Virus record (IMG/VR): IMGVR_UViG_3300030090_000213
Coordinates: 1-62,745 of that record
Length of the DNA: 62,745 bases
Direction: 5' to 3' (one strand)
Source of the DNA: a virus
Taxonomy: Duplodnaviria > Caudoviricetes
The position numbers and the translations under genes were made by a program. The notes below the pieces were generated by a model. The model saw nothing but the letters and a program-made list of their open reading frames with translations, did no database searches and was not told the origin of the DNA. Each line of letters starts with the position of its first letter. Position 1 is the first letter of the stretch. Of this stretch, positions 1 through 8,714 are shown in pieces.

Positions 1-2207
1 AATCAGCAGACGGAGTATTGGATTTAGTTTCTGATACTGAAATAGAAATTAATGCTACTACTATTGATATAAATGGTGCAGCAGATGTATCAGGAGCTTT
101 AACTGCTGGTACAGTTAATGGCGTAGGTATATCTTCTAATATATCTAACTTTACTAGCAGTATATTAATAAGTAACGATGCTGGCACAGGTACTTTAAGT
201 AGTGCTAATTACAATACAGGTTTAGGTTGGGAAGTATTTGATGACTTAACATCTGGCGATAATAATGTTGGTTTAGGTTATCAAGCACTTACAAAATTAA
301 CTACAGGTCTTGCCAATACAGCAGTAGGCTCTGGTGCTTTAGCTGCAAATACTACAGCTAACTCTAATATTGCTATTGGTACAGATGCTTTAAATGATAA
401 TACTACTGGAGCTTTAAATACAGCAGTAGGAACTTATGCACTAGACACAAACACAACAGCAGAAAGAAATACAGCTATTGGTTATGCTGCTATGGATGCA
501 AACACAACAGGGCAATACAACACAGCACTTGGAGCTAATGCTTTAGACGCTAATACTACTGCAGATAATAATGTAGCTGTTGGTTATAATTCTTTAGGAG
601 CAAACACAACAGGTCATTCAAACACAGCATTAGGCTCTGCTGCTTTAGATGCCAATACAACTGGAAATAATAATGTTGCTATAGGAATTAATGCTTTAGG
701 TGCTAACACCACAGGTACTTATCAAGTAGCTATAGGTAGAAATGCTTTATTAAATTCTGATGGTGTAAACACAAATGTAGCTGTTGGTTATAATACATTA
801 CAAGCTGTAACAACAGGTTTACAAAATACTGCCGTGGGATATGTTTCTGGTGATGCCTTAACAACTGCGAACAATAATACTTCTTTAGGTTATGCTACCC
901 TATCAACAGCTTGTGGAAATCAAAATACTGCTTTAGGCTCACAAGCTCTTTTTGTCAATGAAGAAGCTAACAACACAGCAGTTGGATATGCTGCTCTTTT
1001 TGCTAATACTACAGGTGTTAATAATACGGCAGTTGGTAGTGAAGCTGCGATTGCTAATACCACAGGTGGATATAATGTAGCAGTTGGTTATCAATCATTA
1101 GATGCTAATACCACAGGAGGTAGTAATACAGCCATAGGTTATAATACTCTAGGAGCTAATACCACAGCTGATAACAATACGGCAGTTGGCTCTAACTGCT
1201 TAAAATTAAATACCACAGGTCATAGTAATACTGGCGTTGGAGTAGCTTGTTTAGATGCTAATACAACAGCTATACATAACACGGCAGTAGGTAGAAATGC
1301 TTTAGGTGGAGCAACAACTGGTGGATATAATACTGCTGTTGGAAGCTCAGCTCTAATTACTTGTTCTACAGGAGCTAGAAATACAGCAGTTGGTTATGAT
1401 GCTCTTGATGCAGTTACAACAGGCGATGACAATACAGGAATAGGTACGATTGCAGGAGCTGCAATAACCACAGGTTCTGATAATACAATAGTTGGTGCTT
1501 ATGCAGCAAACCAAATAACAACAGGTAGTACTAATACAGCTATGGGGTATGATGCTTTAACTCGTTGTACTACAGGTGGTGGTAACTCTTGTTTTGGTAA
1601 AGATGCTGGGGATAATGTAACTACTGGAGGTCAAAATGTATGTATCGGTCAAGATGCAGGTACTACTATTGCCCAAGGAGATTATAATATCTGTGTAGGT
1701 TCAATAGCTGATGTAAGTAGTGGAACTAATGCAAACAGTATTGCTATAGGTCATAACATTGCAGCATCTGGTAATACTTTTAGTTTTGGTAAAGCAAGTA
1801 ATGTTGTTTCTAACACATTTACCTCAGATGCCACTTGGTCAAGAAGTTCAGATATTAATAAAAAGACTAATATAGAAAATACAGATTTAGGTTTAAGTTT
1901 TATTAATGAATTAAGACCTGTAACATTTAATTGGAAACCTAATAGTGAATTTCCAAAACATTTTAAAGATTATTCTGAAACAGAAAACCACATGGACACA
2001 GAAACAAATCTGTATGGAATGATTGCACAAGATGTAGAAAAAGCATTAGATAAAGTAGGACATAAAAACTTTGGAGGTTGGTCAGAAGAAGAAGATGGCT
2101 CACAAAGACTTTCACAAAGTATGTTTATATATCCTCTTATTAATGCAGTAAAAGAACTTTCTGCACAAGTAGAAGAATTAAAAGCTAAATTAAACGAAGG
2201 AGAATAA
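1..2207 (+). CDS. Tail fibre/spike, 5'-truncated (version B); 14-aa NTAVGxxALxxNTTG beta-helical repeats and C-terminal peptidase S74 intramolecular chaperone
   Basis: Frame is open from the window edge; tandem NTA(V/I/L)G repeats; C-terminal SDINKKTNI...L.FINELRPV.F.W...YGMIAQDVE...coiled coil matches the S74 chaperone pattern. Confidence 0.85.
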   Translation, partial: SADGVLDLVSDTEIEINATTIDINGAADVSGALTAGTVNGVGISSNISNFTSSILISNDAGTGTLSSANYNTGLGWEVFDDLTSGDNNVGLGYQALTKLTTGLANTAVGSGALAANTTANSNIAIGTDALNDNTTGALNTAVGTYALDTNTTAERNTAIGYAAMDANTTGQYNTALGANALDANTTADNNVAVGYNSLGANTTGHSNTALGSAALDANTTGNNNVAIGINALGANTTGTYQVAIGRNALLNSDGVNTNVAVGYNTLQAVTTGLQNTAVGYVSGDALTTANNNTSLGYATLSTACGNQNTALGSQALFVNEEANNTAVGYAALFANTTGVNNTAVGSEAAIANTTGGYNVAVGYQSLDANTTGGSNTAIGYNTLGANTTADNNTAVGSNCLKLNTTGHSNTGVGVACLDANTTAIHNTAVGRNALGGATTGGYNTAVGSSALITCSTGARNTAVGYDALDAVTTGDDNTGIGTIAGAAITTGSDNTIVGAYAANQITTGSTNTAMGYDALTRCTTGGGNSCFGKDAGDNVTTGGQNVCIGQDAGTTIAQGDYNICVGSIADVSSGTNANSIAIGHNIAASGNTFSFGKASNVVSNTFTSDATWSRSSDINKKTNIENTDLGLSFINELRPVTFNWKPNSEFPKHFKDYSETENHMDTETNLYGMIAQDVEKALDKVGHKNFGGWSEEEDGSQRLSQSMFIYPLINAVKELSAQVEELKAKLNEGE

Positions 2208-2208
2208 T

Positions 2209-2541
2209 ATGGCAGTATCAAAAGCAATAGTAAGTTGTGTACCCTACGTAAATTCAAATAGTAAGGTAGATAAATGGACTATAGACATGAAATATGAGAA
2301 CGATAATGAGGGCGATAGCACTTATTATACTGCTACTTATAGCAAAACAATCAAACAACTTGATGATGACGGAAACGCTAACTTTACATTAAAGGCTAAA
2401 GGTAGTTGGACAAATGCACAGCTTGTAGCATTATGTCCTGTATCACAATGGGACACAGTTTTTGCTAGTCAAGTAGATAGCGTTATAACTAATCCACCTG
2501 CTGTAAGCACACCAGATACAGATTTTAACGTACCTAGTTAA
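2209..2541 (+). CDS. Hypothetical protein, probable tail-fibre-associated/assembly protein
   Basis: 110-aa ORF directly after the fibre with AGGAG RBS; function inferred from position only. Confidence 0.6.
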   Translation: MAVSKAIVSCVPYVNSNSKVDKWTIDMKYENDNEGDSTYYTATYSKTIKQLDDDGNANFTLKAKGSWTNAQLVALCPVSQWDTVFASQVDSVITNPPAVSTPDTDFNVPS

Positions 2542-2543
2542 GT

Positions 2544-3248
2544 ATGACTGAAGGAGAGTTTCAGATTCATAATATGCCTTCGGTATATGTATTAGAAGCA
2601 CAAATGCCACAAGATATGATTGATAGTGTTAATGATTATATGGATGAGTATAGACAAGATAAAAACAAAGAATCATTAGCAAAAACTTTAGTAGGGCAAA
2701 TAAATAAAGGAGAACAATTACTGTTAGACCACAATGATAAAAGAATGGTTGAGTATAATAATTTTATCTGCAGCCTTGGTGCTGAATATATTAATCATTT
2801 TGCTGCTTCGGGTAATAGTATTAAAAGTGATAAACAAGTTCAAATAGATGAAACTTGGTCAGTACATAGTTATGATGGTGATTACAATCCAATACATGAC
2901 CACGGCACTAAAACTTTAATGGGTATATCTACTACAGCCTGGACTAAAGTACCTCCACAAATAGGTGCAAAAGCTACAGCTAATTCTCCTACTTATTCTC
3001 TTTATAATGAAAGTGGACATTCAGACGGATGTATAGCTTTTCAATACGGACAGGTATCAGTTATAGATAGTGAAAGATTAAAACCAGCTCAATCATTTGT
3101 TATGACTCCAGAAGTAGGAAAGTTATTAATTTTTCCTTCTTGGTTACAACATATGGTCTATCCCTTCAAAGGTGAAGGAGAAAGACGAACCATCGCATCT
3201 AACTTAAACTGTTGGGATGTGCAAAAAAAAGATACTTTAATAAGTTAG
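2544..3248 (+). CDS. 2OG-Fe(II) oxygenase superfamily protein
   Basis: YNPIHDH, LLIFPSWLQHMVYP and RRTIASN motifs typical of phage 2OG-Fe(II) oxygenases. Confidence 0.8.
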   Translation: MTEGEFQIHNMPSVYVLEAQMPQDMIDSVNDYMDEYRQDKNKESLAKTLVGQINKGEQLLLDHNDKRMVEYNNFICSLGAEYINHFAASGNSIKSDKQVQIDETWSVHSYDGDYNPIHDHGTKTLMGISTTAWTKVPPQIGAKATANSPTYSLYNESGHSDGCIAFQYGQVSVIDSERLKPAQSFVMTPEVGKLLIFPSWLQHMVYPFKGEGERRTIASNLNCWDVQKKDTLIS

Positions 3249-3305
3249 CTTTCAATTTGATTGCATAATGCTTATAATTAAATATTAATTAACTATAGGA
3301 ATATT

Positions 3306-3527
3306 ATGGAAGAAGAAAAAAAATTAACTAATGAGCAAGAATATTGCAAGGCTCAAATTGATGATTTAAATAAAAAAGCAGCAGCTTTAAATTTTCAACT
3401 TGACCAAGTAAAAGCAAGTTTATCAGTATTTACTAATATACTTGCAGAAACTACTTCTGATGTAGCAACAGAAGTTTTAAAAGAAAATAAAACTAAAAAA
3501 AAGGAAAATAAAAATGACAATACTTAA
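3306..3527 (+). CDS. Hypothetical coiled-coil protein
   Basis: 73-aa ORF with AGGA RBS and heptad character. Confidence 0.6.
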   Translation: MEEEKKLTNEQEYCKAQIDDLNKKAAALNFQLDQVKASLSVFTNILAETTSDVATEVLKENKTKKKENKNDNT

Positions 3528-3687
3528 TATATTAATGTGGATTACAGCTATTATTTCTATAGCTTCTGTTATAGCAGCAATTACACCTACTCCTAAAGAT
3601 GATGTATGGTTTGGTAAAATTTATAAAATTATAGATTGGTGTGCATTAAATGTTTTAAAAGCTAAAGATAAAGCACCAAAAAAGTAA
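3514..3687 (+). CDS. Small membrane protein, holin-like (57 aa, not in the ORF track)
   Basis: Translated by hand: MTILNILMWITAIISIASVIAAITPTPKDDVWFGKIYKIIDWCALNVLKAKDKAPKK; AAGGA RBS; TAATG stop/start coupling with the next gene. Confidence 0.65.
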   Translation: MTILNILMWITAIISIASVIAAITPTPKDDVWFGKIYKIIDWCALNVLKAKDKAPKK

Positions 3688-3872
3688 TGGCAACAATTAA
3701 AGATGCTTTAAATGCTATAGAATCTCACGAAAGAGAATGTAAAGCATTATACAAAAGCATTGACAAAAGATTAGAAGATGGCTCACAGCGTTTTGATAAA
3801 ATTGAAATGATGATATGGGCAGTCTATCCATTTATAGTAGCTACTGTAATAACAGCAGGATTTTTATCGTGA
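3687..3872 (+). CDS. Small coiled-coil protein with C-terminal TM helix (XhlA/holin-like)
   Basis: HEREC...RLEDGSQRFDKIE followed by a hydrophobic C-terminus. Confidence 0.55.
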   Translation: MATIKDALNAIESHERECKALYKSIDKRLEDGSQRFDKIEMMIWAVYPFIVATVITAGFLS

Positions 3873-4078
3873 ATAGAGCTAAAAGAAAAGTTACAGAATT
3901 TAAAAAAGGTAAAAGCACAGTAAATAAAGCTGGTAATTACACTAAACCAGGTATGCGTAAGCGTATATTTAATAGAATAAAAGCTGGTGGAAAAGGCGGT
4001 AGACCTGGACAATGGTCAGCAAGGAAAGCACAAATGTTAGCAAAAGCTTATAAAAAAGCAGGTGGTGGATATAAGTAA
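3870..4078 (+). CDS. Small very basic protein (GTG start)
   Basis: K/R/G-rich, GGRPGQWSARKAQMLAKAYKKAGGGYK; start site approximate. Confidence 0.6.
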
Positions 4079-4765
4079 ATGCCTTATTTACAAAGTAGCA
4101 TACCTTATTTTAAGTGTTGGGTTAGAAAAGAATATACACACAATCACGAAAAATATCATGGTGAATTTTTACACGCTATGGTTATTGGAGTTACAACAAT
4201 TCCAAAAAGATGTTTGTCTTTCCAAGTAATTTTTACAGGTGCAGAAACTTACGACACAGATGAACCAAATGTTCATGGTGGAGCAATGTGGGCAAGGATG
4301 CCAATTACAGCTCTTGTAGGCGATACTCCTTTTGAAGAATGGGCTGTACCTATGGAAGTATGGGAAGCTCAACCTTGGGATTGTGCATCTCGTACACATA
4401 GTATATATGTTTTAGAAAATTGTACTCCATGTCCTTGGTTAGCAAAAATAGATGGTAAATTTTATCCTGCAAAATATTATTTTACTGTTGATTATACAAA
4501 ATCTGATACATCTGATGACCCTGCTCAACATAAACAAAATCATGTACTTGAATTATTAGATGCAGGTAAATGGACAGGTAATATAGTAGCTTTACCAAAT
4601 AATAGAGTAAGAGTTACAAGACCTGCACAGTTTGAATTAGGAGAAGGTGCTCCAGATTTTAAACCTTCTCAGCATATTCATTATAGTAAATCTGATTTAG
4701 ATTACACTTTAGATGTAAATCAAGTATTTGATAATTTATATAATGATAATAATAAGGAAGATTAA
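4079..4765 (+). CDS. Conserved phage hypothetical protein
   Basis: 228-aa ORF tightly coupled to its neighbours. Confidence 0.65.
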   Translation: MPYLQSSIPYFKCWVRKEYTHNHEKYHGEFLHAMVIGVTTIPKRCLSFQVIFTGAETYDTDEPNVHGGAMWARMPITALVGDTPFEEWAVPMEVWEAQPWDCASRTHSIYVLENCTPCPWLAKIDGKFYPAKYYFTVDYTKSDTSDDPAQHKQNHVLELLDAGKWTGNIVALPNNRVRVTRPAQFELGEGAPDFKPSQHIHYSKSDLDYTLDVNQVFDNLYNDNNKED

Positions 4766-5007
4766 TGCCATTAAAAAAATCACAAAGGTCTTTAAAAAAA
4801 TGGACAGGTCAAAAGTGGACTACTCCTAGCGGAAAAAAATCATCTGAAACAGGTGAGGTATATGCACCAAAAGCACAAATAGATAGGTTAAAATCTACAC
4901 CAAAAGGTAGAAAAAAACTTGCAGCAGCTAATAGAAAAAAAAGAGCAGCTACAAGAAAAGGTAAACAACACGCAAGACATGGTTTACATAAAGGAAAAAA
5001 AAGATAA
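4765..5007 (+). CDS. Small very basic protein
   Basis: 80 aa, K/R-rich, SLKKWTGQKW motif; TAATG coupling. Confidence 0.6.
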   Translation: MPLKKSQRSLKKWTGQKWTTPSGKKSSETGEVYAPKAQIDRLKSTPKGRKKLAAANRKKRAATRKGKQHARHGLHKGKKR

Positions 5008-5387
5008 TGGCTAATGCACCAGATGCGTTTGTATATAACGCTACACTAGAAAGAATAGTAGATGGAGACACATTTGATTGTTGTCTTGATTTAGGCTTTG
5101 ATGTAAAACTACATAAACAGCGTGTTAGACTTGCAGGTATAGATACTCCTGAAAGTAGAACTAGAGATTTAGCTGAAAAAAAATTAGGACTTGCTGCTAA
5201 AGAAAGACTTAAAGAACTTTGTTGTGGCAGTATAAAAGTTAAATCTTTAGGTAAAGGTAAATATGGTCGTATATTAGGTATACCTTATACAGAAGATGGC
5301 AAAGACATTTGTCAAATGCTTATTAATGAAGGTCATGCTGTTGAATATCATGGAGGGAAAAAGGTTAAAGTTTGGGGTGATTATTAA
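5007..5387 (+). CDS. Thermonuclease (SNase-like) family nuclease
   Basis: IVDGDT, RVRLAGIDTPE, GKYGRILG and LINEGHA motifs. Confidence 0.9.
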   Translation: MANAPDAFVYNATLERIVDGDTFDCCLDLGFDVKLHKQRVRLAGIDTPESRTRDLAEKKLGLAAKERLKELCCGSIKVKSLGKGKYGRILGIPYTEDGKDICQMLINEGHAVEYHGGKKVKVWGDY

Positions 5388-5737
5388 TGGAATCAGCCGT
5401 TACTTTAATTCAAGAAGTTGGATTTCCTATTGCAGCTGCACTTGGTCTTGGTTGGTTTATTTATAAGCTTATCATGCGTATTGTGGATGGCATGGAGCAA
5501 AAACTAGATGTAGTTGATGAAAAAGTAGCTGGTCAAATACAAGCTATTGAAGAAAGATTAGGTACAAAATTGGATTCACAACATGGAATATTAGTAGCAT
5601 TAATAGATAGAATCCGTAGTTTAGATAATGAAATTATAAGACAAGATACTTTAATTAAAACCATATTAGGTGTACCACAACTTATTGATAGTAATAAAAT
5701 AGCAAAGGCTGATAGAGATGACCAAAGAAAAGATTGA
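5387..5737 (+). CDS. Membrane-anchored coiled-coil protein (holin/BhlA-like)
   Basis: N-terminal IQEVGFPIAAALGLGWFIY TM segment followed by coiled coil. Confidence 0.5.
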   Translation: MESAVTLIQEVGFPIAAALGLGWFIYKLIMRIVDGMEQKLDVVDEKVAGQIQAIEERLGTKLDSQHGILVALIDRIRSLDNEIIRQDTLIKTILGVPQLIDSNKIAKADRDDQRKD

Positions 5738-6218
5738 CCCACATGAATTAGAAAAAACTAGAATAGCTGTATGGGCTTTTTTTATTGGCATAATTATGTT
5801 TGTAGCTATTATAGGCATGAATTTAGCTGCTGATACTATAACTCATAAATTTAAAAACCCATCTTTTAGTGGTATTGGTACAAGTTCACACTATTTAACA
5901 ATAGAAAACCAAGAATTTAATCGTAAGATGTCTATCAAAGAAGAAATAAAAGCTATTCAAGAACAGTTAGAAAGAGATAAAGAAAATACTACATTAGCTA
6001 GATTTATTCGTAATTTAGAGTCAAGGATTTATGCACAGCTATCAAGACAGTTAGTAGAAAATTTATTTGGAGAAACACCAAGCACAGAGGGTACTTTAAC
6101 ATTAGAGGGTAATACTATCCAATATAGTATTAAAGATGGCATTATTACTCTTATAATAACGGATGAAAACGGAAATGTTACAGAAATACAACTACCTATT
6201 GGCGATTTTTCTTTCTAG
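5718..6218 (+). CDS. csgF: Curli production assembly/transport component CsgF-like protein
   Basis: Signal/TM segment then FKNPSFSG, and F..NLESRIYAQLS.QL...LFG; adjacent to csgG. Confidence 0.8.
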   Translation: MTKEKIDPHELEKTRIAVWAFFIGIIMFVAIIGMNLAADTITHKFKNPSFSGIGTSSHYLTIENQEFNRKMSIKEEIKAIQEQLERDKENTTLARFIRNLESRIYAQLSRQLVENLFGETPSTEGTLTLEGNTIQYSIKDGIITLIITDENGNVTEIQLPIGDFSF

Positions 6219-7032
6219 TTGTAGTTTAGCTCCTGTAGATACTAATTTACAACAAGGTAAAACTTTACCTAGTATTTTACAAATACAATCTGAAGAATTA
6301 TTAAATGTAGCACAACCTAAAATACCTATTGTTGTCGCAGTATATCCTAATAGTTTTACAGACCAAACAGGTCAAAGAAAAAGTAATAGTGAGTTTGCTT
6401 TGTTTTCATCTGCTATAACACAAGCACCAAGTCATTTATTAATTAGAACTCTTAAACATACTGCAGATGGTAAATTTTTTAGAGTAGCTGAAAGAGTTGG
6501 ATTAGATAATCTTACAAAAGAAAGACAACTAATTCGTTCTGCTAGAGAACAAAATGAAGCAACAGATGGACCTAAACCTATTATGCCTTTATTATTTGCA
6601 GGTGTTCTTATGGAAGGTGCCGTAATTGGATATGACACAAATATTAAAAGCGGTGGTATAGGTGCTAGATATTTAGGGATTGGTAGTAGTAAACAATATC
6701 GTATAGACAATATAACAGTTGCCTTGCGTATGGTTTCCATAGCTACAGGAGAAGTATTAATTGATGTTTTAGTAAATAAACAAATTTATAGTTATGGACA
6801 ATCACAAGATGTTTTTAGGTTTATTGAAGCAGGTACGGAACTTGTAGAAATAGAAACAGGAGATGCAGAAAACGAGCCTACAACTTTAGCTTTACAAAAA
6901 GCTATAGAAGAAGCTGTTTTCCAAATCGTTAAAATAGGTTATAACAAAGGTTTCTGGGAGAAAAAAAATGAAACAATTAAAATTAATGAGCCTGATTGTG
7001 ATGCTGACTGCATTGACAATATACGGGGCTGA
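6175..7032 (+). CDS. csgG: Curli secretion channel CsgG-like lipoprotein
   Basis: Lipobox IFLSSC; FTDQTGQRK, F.VAERVGLDNLTKERQLIR, EGAVIGYDTN.KSGG.GARYLGIG motifs (ORF track start 6163). Confidence 0.9.
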   Translation: MLQKYNYLLAIFLSSCSLAPVDTNLQQGKTLPSILQIQSEELLNVAQPKIPIVVAVYPNSFTDQTGQRKSNSEFALFSSAITQAPSHLLIRTLKHTADGKFFRVAERVGLDNLTKERQLIRSAREQNEATDGPKPIMPLLFAGVLMEGAVIGYDTNIKSGGIGARYLGIGSSKQYRIDNITVALRMVSIATGEVLIDVLVNKQIYSYGQSQDVFRFIEAGTELVEIETGDAENEPTTLALQKAIEEAVFQIVKIGYNKGFWEKKNETIKINEPDCDADCIDNIRG

Positions 7033-7684
7033 TAACGAAATTTATGTTGACCAATCAGGTGCAACAGCTAATATAGATTTAGAACAAGTTGGTTCTGGAA
7101 ATATTATTGGTGGTCTTAATTCTGTAGCAGGAACTCTTACTGCTTTAGATTTAGATGGTATTACTATGACGCTAGATATAAACCAAATAGGTGATACAAA
7201 CAAATTTCTTGGTGATATATTAGGAGATTCTGTAACAGGTTTTTTTGAATTTGATGGTGATAGTAATACTTTTACTATTCAAGGCGACCCTACTAATACT
7301 TATGGTATTGATAGTTCAAATTATAATGTTGATGTTACAGGTAGTTCTAACACATTTACATTAGACCATGGGACAAGTGCATTGGCTGCTACATTAGATT
7401 TAGATTGGATTATACAGGGTGAAAGTAATACTTTTGATTTTGATATAAATTATGATGGCGGCACTTCTTATGTTGATGTTGATGGTGATAGCAACACAAT
7501 AAACTTTACAGGCTCTGGTTATGCTGGTGGTTATTTTTATTTAGACCAAGCAGGTAATAGTAGAACATTTAATATTACACAAGCAAGTACCCAAGATAAT
7601 GACTGGCTTAAAATTCTATCTATTGGCAATAGTGGTACTGTGTGCGTTATTCAAAACGACCAAGGTACAAGCACAAGCTGCTGA
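6968..7684 (+). CDS. Secreted curlin-like beta-repeat protein
   Basis: Signal peptide; repeated beta-strand-Q/G-x-S-N units (DQSG, EQVGSGN, NQIGDTN, DGDSN, QAGNS); follows csgG. Confidence 0.55.
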   Translation: MKQLKLMSLIVMLTALTIYGADNEIYVDQSGATANIDLEQVGSGNIIGGLNSVAGTLTALDLDGITMTLDINQIGDTNKFLGDILGDSVTGFFEFDGDSNTFTIQGDPTNTYGIDSSNYNVDVTGSSNTFTLDHGTSALAATLDLDWIIQGESNTFDFDINYDGGTSYVDVDGDSNTINFTGSGYAGGYFYLDQAGNSRTFNITQASTQDNDWLKILSIGNSGTVCVIQNDQGTSTSC

Positions 7685-8714
7685 TATTGGAGATATATCT
7701 GAACTAAATGGTTCAGCACAAATTGTAAGAGATAAACCTTACGAAGCTAATTTAAAGTTTGCTATACAAAGCAATGATGAAGCTATAACTAAAAATGGTC
7801 GTATGGCTATTACTTTTTTAGATGATTCAACTGTAAAGCTAACTGAACACTCACAGCTTTTAATAGATGAATATATCTATGACCCTGACCCAAGCAAAGC
7901 AAAGATGGCTCTTACCTTTGGGCTTGGTACAGCAAGGTTTATTACTGGTAATCTAAACCGCATAGATAAGCAAAATATATCTTTAAAAACACCTACTGCA
8001 AATATAGCAATTAGAGGGACTGATTTTACGGCTACAGTTGATGAACTAGGGCGTAGCCTTATAATATTGCTACCAGACGCTCTAGGGCTTTCTAGTGGCG
8101 AAATAGAGGTAGTTACAGCTATGGGTACAGTTTTATTAAATAAACCTTATCAAGCCACTACTGTAGATGTATTTGAGAGCTCACCTACTAAACCTGTAAT
8201 ATTAGATTTAACATTAGATATTATAGATAATATGTTAATTGTTACACCACCTAAAGAAGAAGATATTGCACAAGAAGAAACAGCAACAACTAAAACAGTT
8301 AATTTATTAGATTTTAATGATTTAGATATAGATTATTTAGCAGAAGATTTTTTAGAAGATAATAGTTTAGAGTTTACAGAATTAGATATTAACTATTTAG
8401 ATGTTAATTTTCTTGAAGATTTATTAAATGTTTTAGATGCTTTAGCAATAGAAAAAGAAGAGGACCAATTAGCTTTAGCTACAGGTGTAAATATTTCTGG
8501 TACTTTAATTGGTCAAGATACAGACACACAGATAACTACAATAGTAACAGGACAAGTTATAAGTTTGCGTAGAAAAATAAGCGAATCAGTACAAATAGAT
8601 TTAAACTCAGGAAATGGCTATACAGTAATTTTGATACAAGATGGAGTATCTAATATAGTAAAAATAAATGGTGGAGGAGACTCTGTTATAACAATTAATC
8701 AAAGTAGCGGATGA
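7599..8714 (+). CDS. FecR-domain protein
   Basis: Signal peptide; ITFLDDSTVKLTEHSQL and KTPTANIAIRGTDF motifs. Confidence 0.8.
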   Translation: MTGLKFYLLAIVVLCALFKTTKVQAQAADIGDISELNGSAQIVRDKPYEANLKFAIQSNDEAITKNGRMAITFLDDSTVKLTEHSQLLIDEYIYDPDPSKAKMALTFGLGTARFITGNLNRIDKQNISLKTPTANIAIRGTDFTATVDELGRSLIILLPDALGLSSGEIEVVTAMGTVLLNKPYQATTVDVFESSPTKPVILDLTLDIIDNMLIVTPPKEEDIAQEETATTKTVNLLDFNDLDIDYLAEDFLEDNSLEFTELDINYLDVNFLEDLLNVLDALAIEKEEDQLALATGVNISGTLIGQDTDTQITTIVTGQVISLRRKISESVQIDLNSGNGYTVILIQDGVSNIVKINGGGDSVITINQSSG

